Virus record (IMG/VR): IMGVR_UViG_2974506496_000001
Coordinates: 207,183 to 271,182 of that record
Source: a virus
Taxonomy: Duplodnaviria > Caudoviricetes
Length of the DNA: 64,000 nucleotides
Direction: 5' to 3' (one strand)
In this document: positions 9,453 to 18,135 of the stretch, in pieces
Layout of the letters: every line of letters begins with the position of its first letter
Numbering within the stretch: position 1 is the stretch's first letter
Program-made: the position numbers and the translations under genes
Notes under the pieces: generated by a model
Told to the model about the DNA's origin: nothing
Databases searched by the model: none
What the model saw: only the letters and a program-made list of their open reading frames with translations

Positions 9453-11020
9453 AAAAAAACCCGTGCTACGTTCAGCGGGGTGTATGCCGGGAAGGTGTTG
9501 CTCACCAGCGGTTGACGCGCCTGGCAGTTCGGGCATTTCCAACGCGGTACTGCGACCACACCGACCGTTACCCGGTTGATGAACTTGTTCAGCTCTTCAA
9601 AGAACGGTTTACGCATATCCGGGGTTGCACTGAATTGCTTCAGCAGCAAGGCCACGTCATCGGCCGACTCAACATAGTTGCCATCGTTGAACTCGATCTT
9701 GGTCACCCAGTGGGCGTAACCACGCATGGAGGACAGCGCTGCCTGTTTGTTGATGTGTTGCTCACGCTGCTCACGCGTCATGCTGTCGTTGAAGCTGTCG
9801 GTGATCGCTTGTTGAATGCCGTTGATCCAGGCATAACCCGCTGCATTCTTATCTTCGAGTGATGGCACCCGCAGATAGAACTTCACATCTTTCACAGTGA
9901 TGACATTGTCTTTCATCACTTCAAAGCCGGTCTGATAGGCAACGACCTGCTCGACGGTACGGCCGCTGAAGTGAGACATGTGCGCACGCTGGGTTGGTGA
10001 CAGACGATTGTTGTCAATGATCGACAGACGAGAGACGTTAACTTTCGCTGCTTCAACATGCACACACTTCTTCGGATCGGCGGCACAGGCAGTGACCATG
10101 TGGTAGCCAGACTTAAAGCGTGCGCCCAGGTAGGCGTTAGCGATCAGATCGAGATCCTGCTCTTTGATTAACGGCAGCAGGGTTTTCTTATCGGAGACGC
10201 CGATGCTGCTGTCAGTGACCATACCCAGCAGGAAGTCAGTCATGTGCTTACGCACCACGACATCCAGGTTGTTAAACACCAGACCGTTGGTACGACGACC
10301 GAGGATCGCTTTCTCAGCCATGATGGCGGTTTGCATATCCACAAACTCATCATCACCGGCAATCAGCAACGTAACCCAGATACCAGAATGTGGCAGCGGC
10401 AGATGGACATAGTCACCCATGTTCATCACGCCACGAGCACGCATCACTGCCTGTGGACCGGTCAGCAGTTTAGTGCCTTCGGTACTGCGCTTCACTGGCG
10501 GGCGAGAAACACCCTGCACTTTGTTATTGTCGAGCAGAATACCCTGCAGCCACTGCGCACCATCTTGACGAATGGTCAGGTTCAGACCAGAACGGTACGA
10601 CAGGTTGGTGATGGCGTTACTGGCCAGGGATAGCCAGATCATCGCTTTATCAGCACCGTACAGACTGACGATCTCTTTTAAGATCTTCTTGTCTTCGGTG
10701 TTGGTGTCGATCTCGTTGATCAGCGCCGTCGCTGCATCGTAATCCTGATGCATGATAGACAGCACACCTTCCGTGCCGACATCCTCCATGGAGTTCAGCT
10801 TTTCAATGATCGGGTTCTGATAGAGCGGATCGAACGCCTGCTCAACGGCTTCAACTTCAGGTGCTTCAGCTTCGCCCTGTTGGCTGGTTTCTGCTGGCTC
10901 GGGATCGGTGCCAATAGTACCAGTAGTCGCCGGACGGCCTGGATCAACTTCAGGAATACCAGAGTGGTTTTCTTCAACAGGATCTTGCTGTGACAGAATG
11001 GATGGGTTATCACCGGACAT
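9401..11020 (-). CDS. Conserved phiKZ-like protein with Cys motifs; candidate tail/baseplate-hub assembly chaperone (gpG / T4 gp26-like)
   Basis: 539 aa, AAGG RBS, acidic N-terminus, CAADPKKC and CPNC motifs, slippery site near the 3' end. Confidence 0.55.
   Translation of the reverse strand: MSGDNPSILSQQDPVEENHSGIPEVDPGRPATTGTIGTDPEPAETSQQGEAEAPEVEAVEQAFDPLYQNPIIEKLNSMEDVGTEGVLSIMHQDYDAATALINEIDTNTEDKKILKEIVSLYGADKAMIWLSLASNAITNLSYRSGLNLTIRQDGAQWLQGILLDNNKVQGVSRPPVKRSTEGTKLLTGPQAVMRARGVMNMGDYVHLPLPHSGIWVTLLIAGDDEFVDMQTAIMAEKAILGRRTNGLVFNNLDVVVRKHMTDFLLGMVTDSSIGVSDKKTLLPLIKEQDLDLIANAYLGARFKSGYHMVTACAADPKKCVHVEAAKVNVSRLSIIDNNRLSPTQRAHMSHFSGRTVEQVVAYQTGFEVMKDNVITVKDVKFYLRVPSLEDKNAAGYAWINGIQQAITDSFNDSMTREQREQHINKQAALSSMRGYAHWVTKIEFNDGNYVESADDVALLLKQFSATPDMRKPFFEELNKFINRVTVGVVAVPRWKCPNCQARQPLVSNTFPAYTPLNVARVFFTLMTNTLNQTFDQADI
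9452..9463 (-). other. Slippery sequence CGG GTT TTT TTT (candidate -1 programmed ribosomal frameshift site)
   Basis: Plus strand 9451-9463 reads taaaaaaaacccg; zero frame R-V-F-F-T, -1 frame G-F-F-Y. Confidence 0.65.
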
Positions 11021-11037
11021 TATGCTTATCCTTACCT

Positions 11038-11505
11038 TTACTTTTTAGTGGGGTCGACCTGAACCGGGTCATTGAGTTTGCTTGCTGCGCCAGCGGCAAC
11101 CGCGTTAGCATGGGCACTGTCTGACATGGTCAGAATGGCAGCACCGTGACGCTGCATCGCATCCAGCAATTTACTCTGCAGGACGATGTATTGTTCGTGC
11201 ACACTGAGGAAGTCAGCGATGGTGCTGTCATGCAAGGCATAACCGGTTTTGCCTTGATGCTGCTGCTTGATCATCGGCAGTGTTTCATCGATCTCTTTGA
11301 CTACAGCCAGCGCCGCTTCGATGTGCGAGCTTAACGCAGAGGGGTTTGGCTGAAAGCGAATGATGTTGGTGTTGACGGCCATGAGACAAGTATTGCTCAG
11401 CTCATTGCGCAAATTAATCGTATAAGTTGCCGCAGAATCCAGGTACTCCCAGAACTGATCGGGCTGATGGACCTCTGGTGCGAGAGGCGGTTCATTGGTT
11501 GACAT
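11038..11505 (-). CDS. Conserved hypothetical protein (helical)
   Basis: AAGGA RBS, 155 aa, first gene of the minus-strand operon. Confidence 0.7.
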   Translation of the reverse strand: MSTNEPPLAPEVHQPDQFWEYLDSAATYTINLRNELSNTCLMAVNTNIIRFQPNPSALSSHIEAALAVVKEIDETLPMIKQQHQGKTGYALHDSTIADFLSVHEQYIVLQSKLLDAMQRHGAAILTMSDSAHANAVAAGAASKLNDPVQVDPTKK

Positions 11506-11597
11506 AACGGGTCCTTGAGGTGATTTATCTTGTGGCTTACATATATTGACACTACTAATGTCAACAATTACAACGTTTATACGGAAAAGGCACGGTC

Positions 11598-12509
11598 ATG
11601 AGTGATTTTACTGACTTAACGAAATTGAAGACCGAATTACCACAAAACATCCAAAAGATTGATGAGCAGGATGATGTGGGTGACTTCAGCGATCTTAACG
11701 ACTACCTCATGACCATCATTCCGGATGAACGGCGTGAGCGCTTGATCGCGATCTGTCAAAACTTGAGCACCCTGCAGTATCATCAAGTCCAGCCCGATGT
11801 GGATCGGTTACTAATGATGGCCAACGACGGTGAAGCGCCTTCGGTGCTCGATGACTTGACCCGGTTGTTATTTGAACACGCTTATGACTTAACGAAAAAC
11901 ATGGGCTTTAACTGGGCTGATGAGATTGAGTTTGATCAGCTGTTCCTGCTCGGTGATGTAATCGAAGGTGCCATGTTGATTGATGGCATGGAAGACTACG
12001 GCGACCTCTCAGCGATCCTGGATGGGGATGACTCAGTTGAAGAGAAGGTGGTGGATATCTGGGGTCTGGTGCTCGACAAAGACATGCACCATCTGTTTGA
12101 ACAGATCCAGTCCATCGAACCGGCGGTGATCAGCGGGATCAAGCAAGTCACGACCCGACCGTATGCCGAAGACGATTATGCAGATGTGCAACGTCCACTT
12201 GAGTTTGTGGTTGAGCGGTTGGTGAAAGTCCGTGAAATGATGAAGACCGATGGCATTGCTTACCAGCACGTGGCCAAGGGTGGCGCCTTAGGCGTTGAGC
12301 TCGATTCACTGATCACGCTCTACACCCCTGAGCTGAATGCCGTGACCGACCCGATCGAACTGACCGACCTGCTGGTTGCCTTTACCCTGATCAGCAACAC
12401 CCCAGATGGTTTGGTGAAATCCACCGCATCCCGGCTGGCAGAAAAATGGATTGATGATATCGAAGTCATCAATGTGGTAGGTAAACATATCGACAGGTAT
12501 CCCGTGTGA
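11598..12509 (+). CDS. Acidic conserved protein upstream of the vRNAP subunit (probable virion protein)
   Basis: 303 aa; GTGA overlap with the RNAP gene; phiKZ-like synteny. Confidence 0.65.
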   Translation: MSDFTDLTKLKTELPQNIQKIDEQDDVGDFSDLNDYLMTIIPDERRERLIAICQNLSTLQYHQVQPDVDRLLMMANDGEAPSVLDDLTRLLFEHAYDLTKNMGFNWADEIEFDQLFLLGDVIEGAMLIDGMEDYGDLSAILDGDDSVEEKVVDIWGLVLDKDMHHLFEQIQSIEPAVISGIKQVTTRPYAEDDYADVQRPLEFVVERLVKVREMMKTDGIAYQHVAKGGALGVELDSLITLYTPELNAVTDPIELTDLLVAFTLISNTPDGLVKSTASRLAEKWIDDIEVINVVGKHIDRYPV

Positions 12510-13816
12510 ATATTCGCGACTATTTAATCATGGCCTTTCGGGCAGGGGCTTACAAGCAACGCCAGTGGGTGTTGAGTGTCATGAGTATCACCCAGACCCC
12601 GGATGGTAAATCCGTAGCAGACAGTATGATCCCGTATCAGGCACACCGCATCAACATCGGCGCGACCCTCGATTGGGCTTACTGGGACGACTTCAACAAA
12701 ACCTTTGTGCCGATTGAGGGAGTGGATGTTAACTTCCCGTTGTTTCGACCCGAGGATCAATACACACTACAACCTGGGGATTTTGCCAATGTCACTGAAG
12801 AAGTTACTACTACTTTCGGCCGTATTCTGGCTAACCATTATTATTTTATCGATGTGGTCGGTGAACGTGTCCCATTTCAGAACGTAGAATTCAACCGTGG
12901 GATGTTGGAGAAGATCTACAAGGCCCGGGTATTAGAAGACGCCCAGGACTTGCGGCGTTCTGATCCGTTCTACCTGACCGTCGATGAATTCAAACGCTCA
13001 GTGGATAATGGCTTTGCCTTGGGTGGGTTGTCGAAACTTTGTGTACCGACTGCTTGTCCGGAAACCATGTATCCGCCGAAGTTCATCATCGAGATGCGTG
13101 ACCGTCTGTTTGAAGAACACAAGGATGAGCTCAACAACCCGGTGGTCATGGGGCGTATTCAGGATGAGCTGTTAAAGCACTATCGTGAGTTCCTGATGTC
13201 CACCCCGTCAGCCAAGTTCTTTGTGATCAAGAAGACCATCGACCAGGCCTTCAACAACATGTTCCTGACCGGTGGTATTGCGGGGGCTTTTGGTGGTAAC
13301 ACTGTTATTACCAACTCGCTGTACGAAGGCTGGAACCTGAAGAACTTCCCGGCGTTAGTGAATGGCTCTATCGAAGCTTCCTTTGACCGCGGTGCGGCTA
13401 CAGCCGATGGCGGCGAGAAAGTGAAGATGTTGATCCGTGCCACGCAGAACATCCGTATCACCGATGATGATTGCGGCACCCAGCTCGGGGTACCGTGGGT
13501 GATTGAAGATGCCGGCAAGGCACGCTTCATTAACTCTTACATACTGGATAAGGGTGTGACGATTCTGTTAACTCCGGAGAACATTGATAAGTTCGTCGGT
13601 AAGCCGGTCATGACCCGTTCACCCAGCTTCTGTAAGAAATCCCATGGCGACTCCTGTAAGTTCTGCGTCGGTGCGCATAACGCCACCAACCCACGCGGGA
13701 TGTCTTCCGGTACCTCGAAGATCGGTTCTACCCTGATGTTGTTATCGATGAAAGCGATGCATAAAGGCAGTAAGATCGATCTGATCGAGTATAACCTTGA
13801 TGAGGTCTTTAACTGA
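12506..13816 (+). CDS. Virion RNA polymerase beta-prime subunit, middle fragment (phiKZ gp80-like)
   Basis: RGAATADGG, ITDDDCGT and RSPSFC...CKFCVG match the RpoC bridge-helix and Zn-site region; fragment size fits the split phiKZ-type vRNAP. Confidence 0.85.
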   Translation: MNIRDYLIMAFRAGAYKQRQWVLSVMSITQTPDGKSVADSMIPYQAHRINIGATLDWAYWDDFNKTFVPIEGVDVNFPLFRPEDQYTLQPGDFANVTEEVTTTFGRILANHYYFIDVVGERVPFQNVEFNRGMLEKIYKARVLEDAQDLRRSDPFYLTVDEFKRSVDNGFALGGLSKLCVPTACPETMYPPKFIIEMRDRLFEEHKDELNNPVVMGRIQDELLKHYREFLMSTPSAKFFVIKKTIDQAFNNMFLTGGIAGAFGGNTVITNSLYEGWNLKNFPALVNGSIEASFDRGAATADGGEKVKMLIRATQNIRITDDDCGTQLGVPWVIEDAGKARFINSYILDKGVTILLTPENIDKFVGKPVMTRSPSFCKKSHGDSCKFCVGAHNATNPRGMSSGTSKIGSTLMLLSMKAMHKGSKIDLIEYNLDEVFN

Positions 13817-13825
13817 GGATATCTG

Positions 13826-13850
13826 AAACCTACATTATAAGAGGGAGATA
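13826..13850 (+). promoter_or_regulatory. Putative phage early promoter
   Basis: AAACCTACATTAT copy of the recurring motif, upstream of the accessory island. Confidence 0.6.
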
Positions 13851-13870
13851 ACTTTTATAAGGAACGTACC

Positions 13871-14587
13871 ATGTATGGTTTATTAATCCTCGCCTTGCCT
13901 CAGTCACCGTACGTCCACATGAGTGCGATGACTGCGGACAGGTTTACTGAACTGCTCCCACAACTCCAGAAAGAGCTCGATGCAGATATCTTTCCTAATG
14001 TGTGTTTCCAGGGTGCATTCAATGTCAGTAATACCCGTACGGTCACTCAGCTGTTTATTCCGTGTAGCGGATTGGTGGCGGCGCGGGAGTTGGGGTATGA
14101 ACAGATCCGCAATATTCTCGCCAACCCAGAGAAGGAAGTCCAGCATGTCACCAACATCGGTGATTGGCTGGGTATTCCTGGTAAGGTGATGTTTGATAAT
14201 GCGGATGGATCTGTGGATGAGGTCGTTGTGACTGACATGTACAAATATCTGGTACATGAAAGAAGAGAGCGCTCTGTCTTTCGGTTCAGTCCTATTGATC
14301 TTAGTATAACCGATACCGAACCATTACCAACTCACCTCTACCCACGTGATCATTTCTACGACCAGGTCTACCTCGACAAAGACGGCGAGCGTGCTTTCCT
14401 GTCTTACGGGTCGTGCGGTGAGGAAGGCTGTGTCATAGAACCCAGAGAAGAGAAACCCGTGCAAGTGTACGGCGTTACCTACTCGTCACTGGATGAAGTG
14501 GCCCGATGCTATAACCTGCCTGAGCAGTACGTGAAAGAACGCGTTGAGTCTGACAGCCTTGAATGGCTGGAGTGGTCATATTTGTAA
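13871..14587 (+). CDS. Degenerate GIY-YIG-derived protein with NUMOD1-like C-terminal DNA-binding domain
   Basis: C-terminus KPVQVYGVTYSSLDEVAR...VKERVES..WLEWSY; N-terminus follows GIY-YIG spacing without the catalytic motif; paralog of 18136..18918 (shared TNIGDWL). Confidence 0.55.
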   Translation: MYGLLILALPQSPYVHMSAMTADRFTELLPQLQKELDADIFPNVCFQGAFNVSNTRTVTQLFIPCSGLVAARELGYEQIRNILANPEKEVQHVTNIGDWLGIPGKVMFDNADGSVDEVVVTDMYKYLVHERRERSVFRFSPIDLSITDTEPLPTHLYPRDHFYDQVYLDKDGERAFLSYGSCGEEGCVIEPREEKPVQVYGVTYSSLDEVARCYNLPEQYVKERVESDSLEWLEWSYL

Positions 14588-14715
14588 AAGTATTTGGGGA
14601 TGAGACGCAGAGCTGATTCCCATCTACGGTAAGTTGTTCAAGGAAGCAGCAAACCGGTTATAAAAAATGAAAGGGTTTTCGTAAGATAGTCAGTGCTCCG
14701 TACCCGAGACAATAC

Positions 14716-14913
14716 ATGACCACAAACCCGCAGTTTATTTTCGTGGCTCAGAATTCTGATGCTACACACAGCGTAGAGAAACTGGAAGTAGGACGCGATA
14801 CCGATACCCAGAAGAACCTCACGGAACTTCGTAAAGGTTTGCCGTTCGACTTCTCGTTTATCATGTCTGAAGAGGCGATCTATCAACTTCGACAGGCAGG
14901 GCACATCAACTAA
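14716..14913 (+). CDS. Small hypothetical protein
   Basis: 65 aa, co-oriented, fills the gap before the DUF2829 gene. Confidence 0.5.
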   Translation: MTTNPQFIFVAQNSDATHSVEKLEVGRDTDTQKNLTELRKGLPFDFSFIMSEEAIYQLRQAGHIN

Positions 14914-14928
14914 ACTGCTGAGGTAGTC

Positions 14929-15381
14929 ATGACGAACAAATCGGAGATCTCACACGGTGGTGGTGATCAGCCTATGGAAAAAGAGCAAAGCAACTTATCC
15001 GTACTGGTGAACTACTCCACAGGTGTGATGGAAGGTGACCGTTTTAATTACTCGGTTGCATTGGCGCTGTTGAAAGACGGCATCAAAGTGAAACGCGAAG
15101 ACTGGAAGAACGCTTTCCTGGTGTTCGTCCCGGGTAGTCAGAATGTTGAACTGCCAAAAGGGTCGCCGTATGAAGTCGCACTCCACGGTAAGAAGTCCGT
15201 TGCCAATATTCGTCCGCACATCGATCTGTACACGGAGTACGGTGAATTCGAAGTCGGTTGGACCGCCAACCAGGAAGACACCAACGCCGATGACTGGATG
15301 ATTGTCTTAGACAAGAACACCAATCAAGACGACAGTGCCGACGAAGAGAAAGAGTCCTCAAACGACGACTCGAAGTCATAA
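14929..15381 (+). CDS. tad2: DUF2829 / Tad2-family anti-defence nucleotide-sponge protein
   Basis: FNYSVALALLKDGIKVKREDW...FLVFVPG...HIDLYT...GWTANQEDTNADDW matches the DUF2829 pattern; GAGGT RBS. Confidence 0.75.
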   Translation: MTNKSEISHGGGDQPMEKEQSNLSVLVNYSTGVMEGDRFNYSVALALLKDGIKVKREDWKNAFLVFVPGSQNVELPKGSPYEVALHGKKSVANIRPHIDLYTEYGEFEVGWTANQEDTNADDWMIVLDKNTNQDDSADEEKESSNDDSKS

Positions 15382-15386
15382 ACCCC

Positions 15387-15415
15387 AGGAGAGCTTCGGC
15401 TCTCCTTTTATGCCC
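15387..15415 (+). terminator. Hairpin (UUCG loop) + TATGCC element
   Basis: aggagagc-ttcg-gctctcct-ttTATGCCC. Confidence 0.75.
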
Positions 15416-15430
15416 ATTAAGGAACATGTC

Positions 15431-15790
15431 ATGAGTGAAAAGAAAGCGTTTGAAGTGGTATTGGATAGCCGTCATGAACCGTACGAAGCTTACCAGTTAT
15501 TAGTGGCGCGTATCAATACGTTATTACGCACCGGTCAAGGCTACCATGAAGTGAAACTCACGAAGTGGCAGCTTTACGATAACGGTCTTCTTATCAAAGG
15601 AGATGATGATGTGCATATCTCCTTGTTGCGTCATTTCTATTACGATAAGCAACGCAATACGTTTGGTGGTGGCTTCATGGCCTTTGAGATCCTGGAAGAT
15701 TTGGGTCGTTACTACAAAGTGCACGATATCACAGAAGGGATGAGCGAGAACGTTGGCCTCGTCTTCACGATCACGGTAACCACACCATAA
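15431..15790 (+). CDS. Hypothetical protein, tandem paralog 1
   Basis: AAGGA RBS before ATG 15431; EVKLTKW motif. Confidence 0.7.
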   Translation: MSEKKAFEVVLDSRHEPYEAYQLLVARINTLLRTGQGYHEVKLTKWQLYDNGLLIKGDDDVHISLLRHFYYDKQRNTFGGGFMAFEILEDLGRYYKVHDITEGMSENVGLVFTITVTTP

Positions 15791-15796
15791 GAGGTT

Positions 15797-16165
15797 GTGA
15801 TGAAACCACTCTTCGCCATGAAGTTCGATACCCGGGATGCGGGATTAGGGGATCAACTCGATCTCTTGCAATCACGGGTGAAGGCTTACTCTAAACACGG
15901 CACCATGATCAAGGATGTGGCGGTGACGGCCTGGGTGGTCTGTTCGGATAACATGCCAGTTGCCGGTGATGACCCTGCTTATGTCAGTATTATCCACCGT
16001 TACCGTTACGACATCGAACAACAGTGTGTGGTCGGTGGGGTCAGTGCCATGGATGCTCTGCGTGAGATCTGGTCGGCGTATGGTCCTGACTCTACCCTCC
16101 CGCCGTTCAGCCGGATACCCGGTGCTGTCGATATGCAATTTACCTTAACTGTGTTCACTATTTAA
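15797..16165 (+). CDS. Hypothetical protein, tandem paralog 2
   Basis: GAGGT RBS; DVAVTAW motif. Confidence 0.7.
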   Translation: MMKPLFAMKFDTRDAGLGDQLDLLQSRVKAYSKHGTMIKDVAVTAWVVCSDNMPVAGDDPAYVSIIHRYRYDIEQQCVVGGVSAMDALREIWSAYGPDSTLPPFSRIPGAVDMQFTLTVFTI

Positions 16166-16178
16166 AGGAGATACCCTC

Positions 16179-16571
16179 ATGGGAGTTTCTACTGCTGCTG
16201 CTCGTCGTTCTAAAGAAGGGGTGTTTACCCGGAGTATTGAAGTGCGTCACGATCACTGGAAACGCGATATCACTGATCTAGGACTGGATGTCCATAACCT
16301 GGTGCTGTGCAAGCAGGAGATCGTGTCCGTTACCGTCACGGCTTGGCGGGCGTATGATGAGTGCGGTGTATTGCGCGGTAGTGCCAAAGAGTTGAAGTTA
16401 GACATTACGGAATGGTTCCTCGGTGACAAAGGCCCGGTCATTAATGATGCGATCAAACCTCTCACGTTTGCCTTCATCATTAATCAACAACGCAGCCAAC
16501 GCACGCCCTGGGTAAAAGATGTCCGCTTAGGGCTTAACCTGTCCATTGTCTACAAGAGGATTCAGCAATAA
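16179..16571 (+). CDS. Hypothetical protein, tandem paralog 3
   Basis: AAGGAG RBS; SVTVTAW motif. Confidence 0.7.
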   Translation: MGVSTAAARRSKEGVFTRSIEVRHDHWKRDITDLGLDVHNLVLCKQEIVSVTVTAWRAYDECGVLRGSAKELKLDITEWFLGDKGPVINDAIKPLTFAFIINQQRSQRTPWVKDVRLGLNLSIVYKRIQQ

Positions 16572-16915
16572 TGGAAATTGTCCACCAACTCGATCTTAGC
16601 CACGGCTGGGAACCCTTCAACCGCCTGAAAGCCGCCTTTGCCAAGAAACCCCCGGAGGCGATCCACATCACTGCCTGGGTCGCTCATGGTTATAAAGGAA
16701 ACCTCATCGGCGATGAGCAAGTGGTGAAAGGGTCGTGCCAGGAGTGTCGGATTGATGTGACCCACATCTTCTTTCCCAGTCGGCCTGAGATCTTGATTGG
16801 TTTGTCGAGCTTCATTAACACTATTAACCGTGACGGGCCGGTGAAGATCCCGGCCTGGACCGGATCGATTACTCTTTGTCTTGAATTAGCGATAAGTTAT
16901 ACGGATAGAATTTAA
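16571..16915 (+). CDS. Hypothetical protein, tandem paralog 4
   Basis: Stop/start overlap; AIHITAW motif. Confidence 0.7.
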   Translation: MEIVHQLDLSHGWEPFNRLKAAFAKKPPEAIHITAWVAHGYKGNLIGDEQVVKGSCQECRIDVTHIFFPSRPEILIGLSSFINTINRDGPVKIPAWTGSITLCLELAISYTDRI

Positions 16916-16916
16916 T

Positions 16917-16953
16917 CGGCATATATTCTGTCTCGTTAGCGTAAGCTCGCTAA
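16917..16953 (-). terminator. CGGCATA + hairpin element (oriented for the minus strand)
   Basis: CGGCATA at 16917 and ttagcg/cgctaa stem at 16936-16953. Confidence 0.4.
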
Positions 16954-17022
16954 AAACCCTTTTAAAGTTTTGTATAACAAACTATCAACTTTGTAGAAAG
17001 AAACAAATAGGAAATTAATCTC

Positions 17023-17733
17023 ATGTTGCATGAAAACTTTGAAGCCTTAGTGGCGAACATCGCCAACCAAATCAATCAGCTGGAACCAGAGGATCTGCCG
17101 TCACTGATCCTGACCAAGAGCGAGGTCTACATCAACGACAAGCGACACGATCGCACGCGTCTACTGCTGAACCTGTTTACCCCACAACCCGGGCACACGC
17201 ACGACGTGACCTTCGATCAAGAGCTGCAGGATGCCTTCGCTCACAACAACCTGGAGTTTATCAAAGTCGGTGAAGGGATCGCCTACGGACTACTGCGTAC
17301 CAGTATCGTTAACAACGAACCCGCGGTGTTCTGGATTCACGCCGATGTCTCCGATGATGCATCATTACTGAAGCAAGCCTGGGACATCATCACCGACCTG
17401 AAGAAGAATGCGGGTTACCCCCAGGCGTTTAACATTGACGTGCTCGACGTAAGCTGGCATGCGTTAAGCTGGGCACAACTGCTGGGGACTTTGCTTGACC
17501 GCACTGACCCGACCCGCCGGTTCCGTTTGGCAACTAACCCCGATTACGATTTTGTGTTATCCCAGAAAGCCATCACGTACTACCAGGAGACGTTGAGTAA
17601 ACGTCCGATGGCACCGGTTGCTTACCTCGATGACACTAACCTGTTTAATGGTGGCGACTTTAACGACAGTGATCGCAACTGGGCAATCGCCCCGAACGAC
17701 AGCACCCGCCCTATCGTGAAGGTGTATGTTTAA
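17023..17733 (+). CDS. Hypothetical protein
   Basis: AGGA RBS, 236 aa. Confidence 0.7.
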   Translation: MLHENFEALVANIANQINQLEPEDLPSLILTKSEVYINDKRHDRTRLLLNLFTPQPGHTHDVTFDQELQDAFAHNNLEFIKVGEGIAYGLLRTSIVNNEPAVFWIHADVSDDASLLKQAWDIITDLKKNAGYPQAFNIDVLDVSWHALSWAQLLGTLLDRTDPTRRFRLATNPDYDFVLSQKAITYYQETLSKRPMAPVAYLDDTNLFNGGDFNDSDRNWAIAPNDSTRPIVKVYV

Positions 17734-17791
17734 ATAAACACAAGCTCCAGATGGTATACTTGGAAACATTTATTGATCTGGAGCCCCAGCC

Positions 17792-18091
17792 ATGCAAAAC
17801 AATGACGATGTGGTGCCGATGCACTATAACCACAACGTGGACATGAATAACCCGCTCGACGTGGATGAAGAGGCGTTAAAGGTTCGCTTCGCTGCGCGCC
17901 TGTGCAGCTTCCTTGATCTTGCCGAGCAACTGAATAAGGATGACTTAACCCAAAACGATATCAGTCAGTTCACCGTCGGTATCGTAAACTTAGTGTGTGA
18001 CTCAATGGGCAGTAGTCCCAAACGAGACCTTTACAGGAGACAGATGGTTGACAAACTTGAACCTGTTCTGTCGAGGCATCTGATTAAATAG
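17792..18091 (+). CDS. Hypothetical protein
   Basis: GGAG RBS, 99 aa. Confidence 0.65.
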   Translation: MQNNDDVVPMHYNHNVDMNNPLDVDEEALKVRFAARLCSFLDLAEQLNKDDLTQNDISQFTVGIVNLVCDSMGSSPKRDLYRRQMVDKLEPVLSRHLIK

Positions 18092-18135
18092 TCGGAGGCG
18101 TGACGGAACGCGACTACATTGCAGTATAAAAGGAT

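Noticed and set aside
9453-9542. Track start (TTG 9542) for the 184-aa ORF as an independent gene
   Set aside because: Lies inside the upstream CDS without a clear RBS; frameshift entry explains the ORF better, though the nearby ATG cannot be fully excluded
13871-14587. Active homing endonuclease or mobile intron
   Set aside because: Catalytic GIY-YIG motif missing and the adjacent RNAP gene is uninterrupted; kept only as a degenerate derivative
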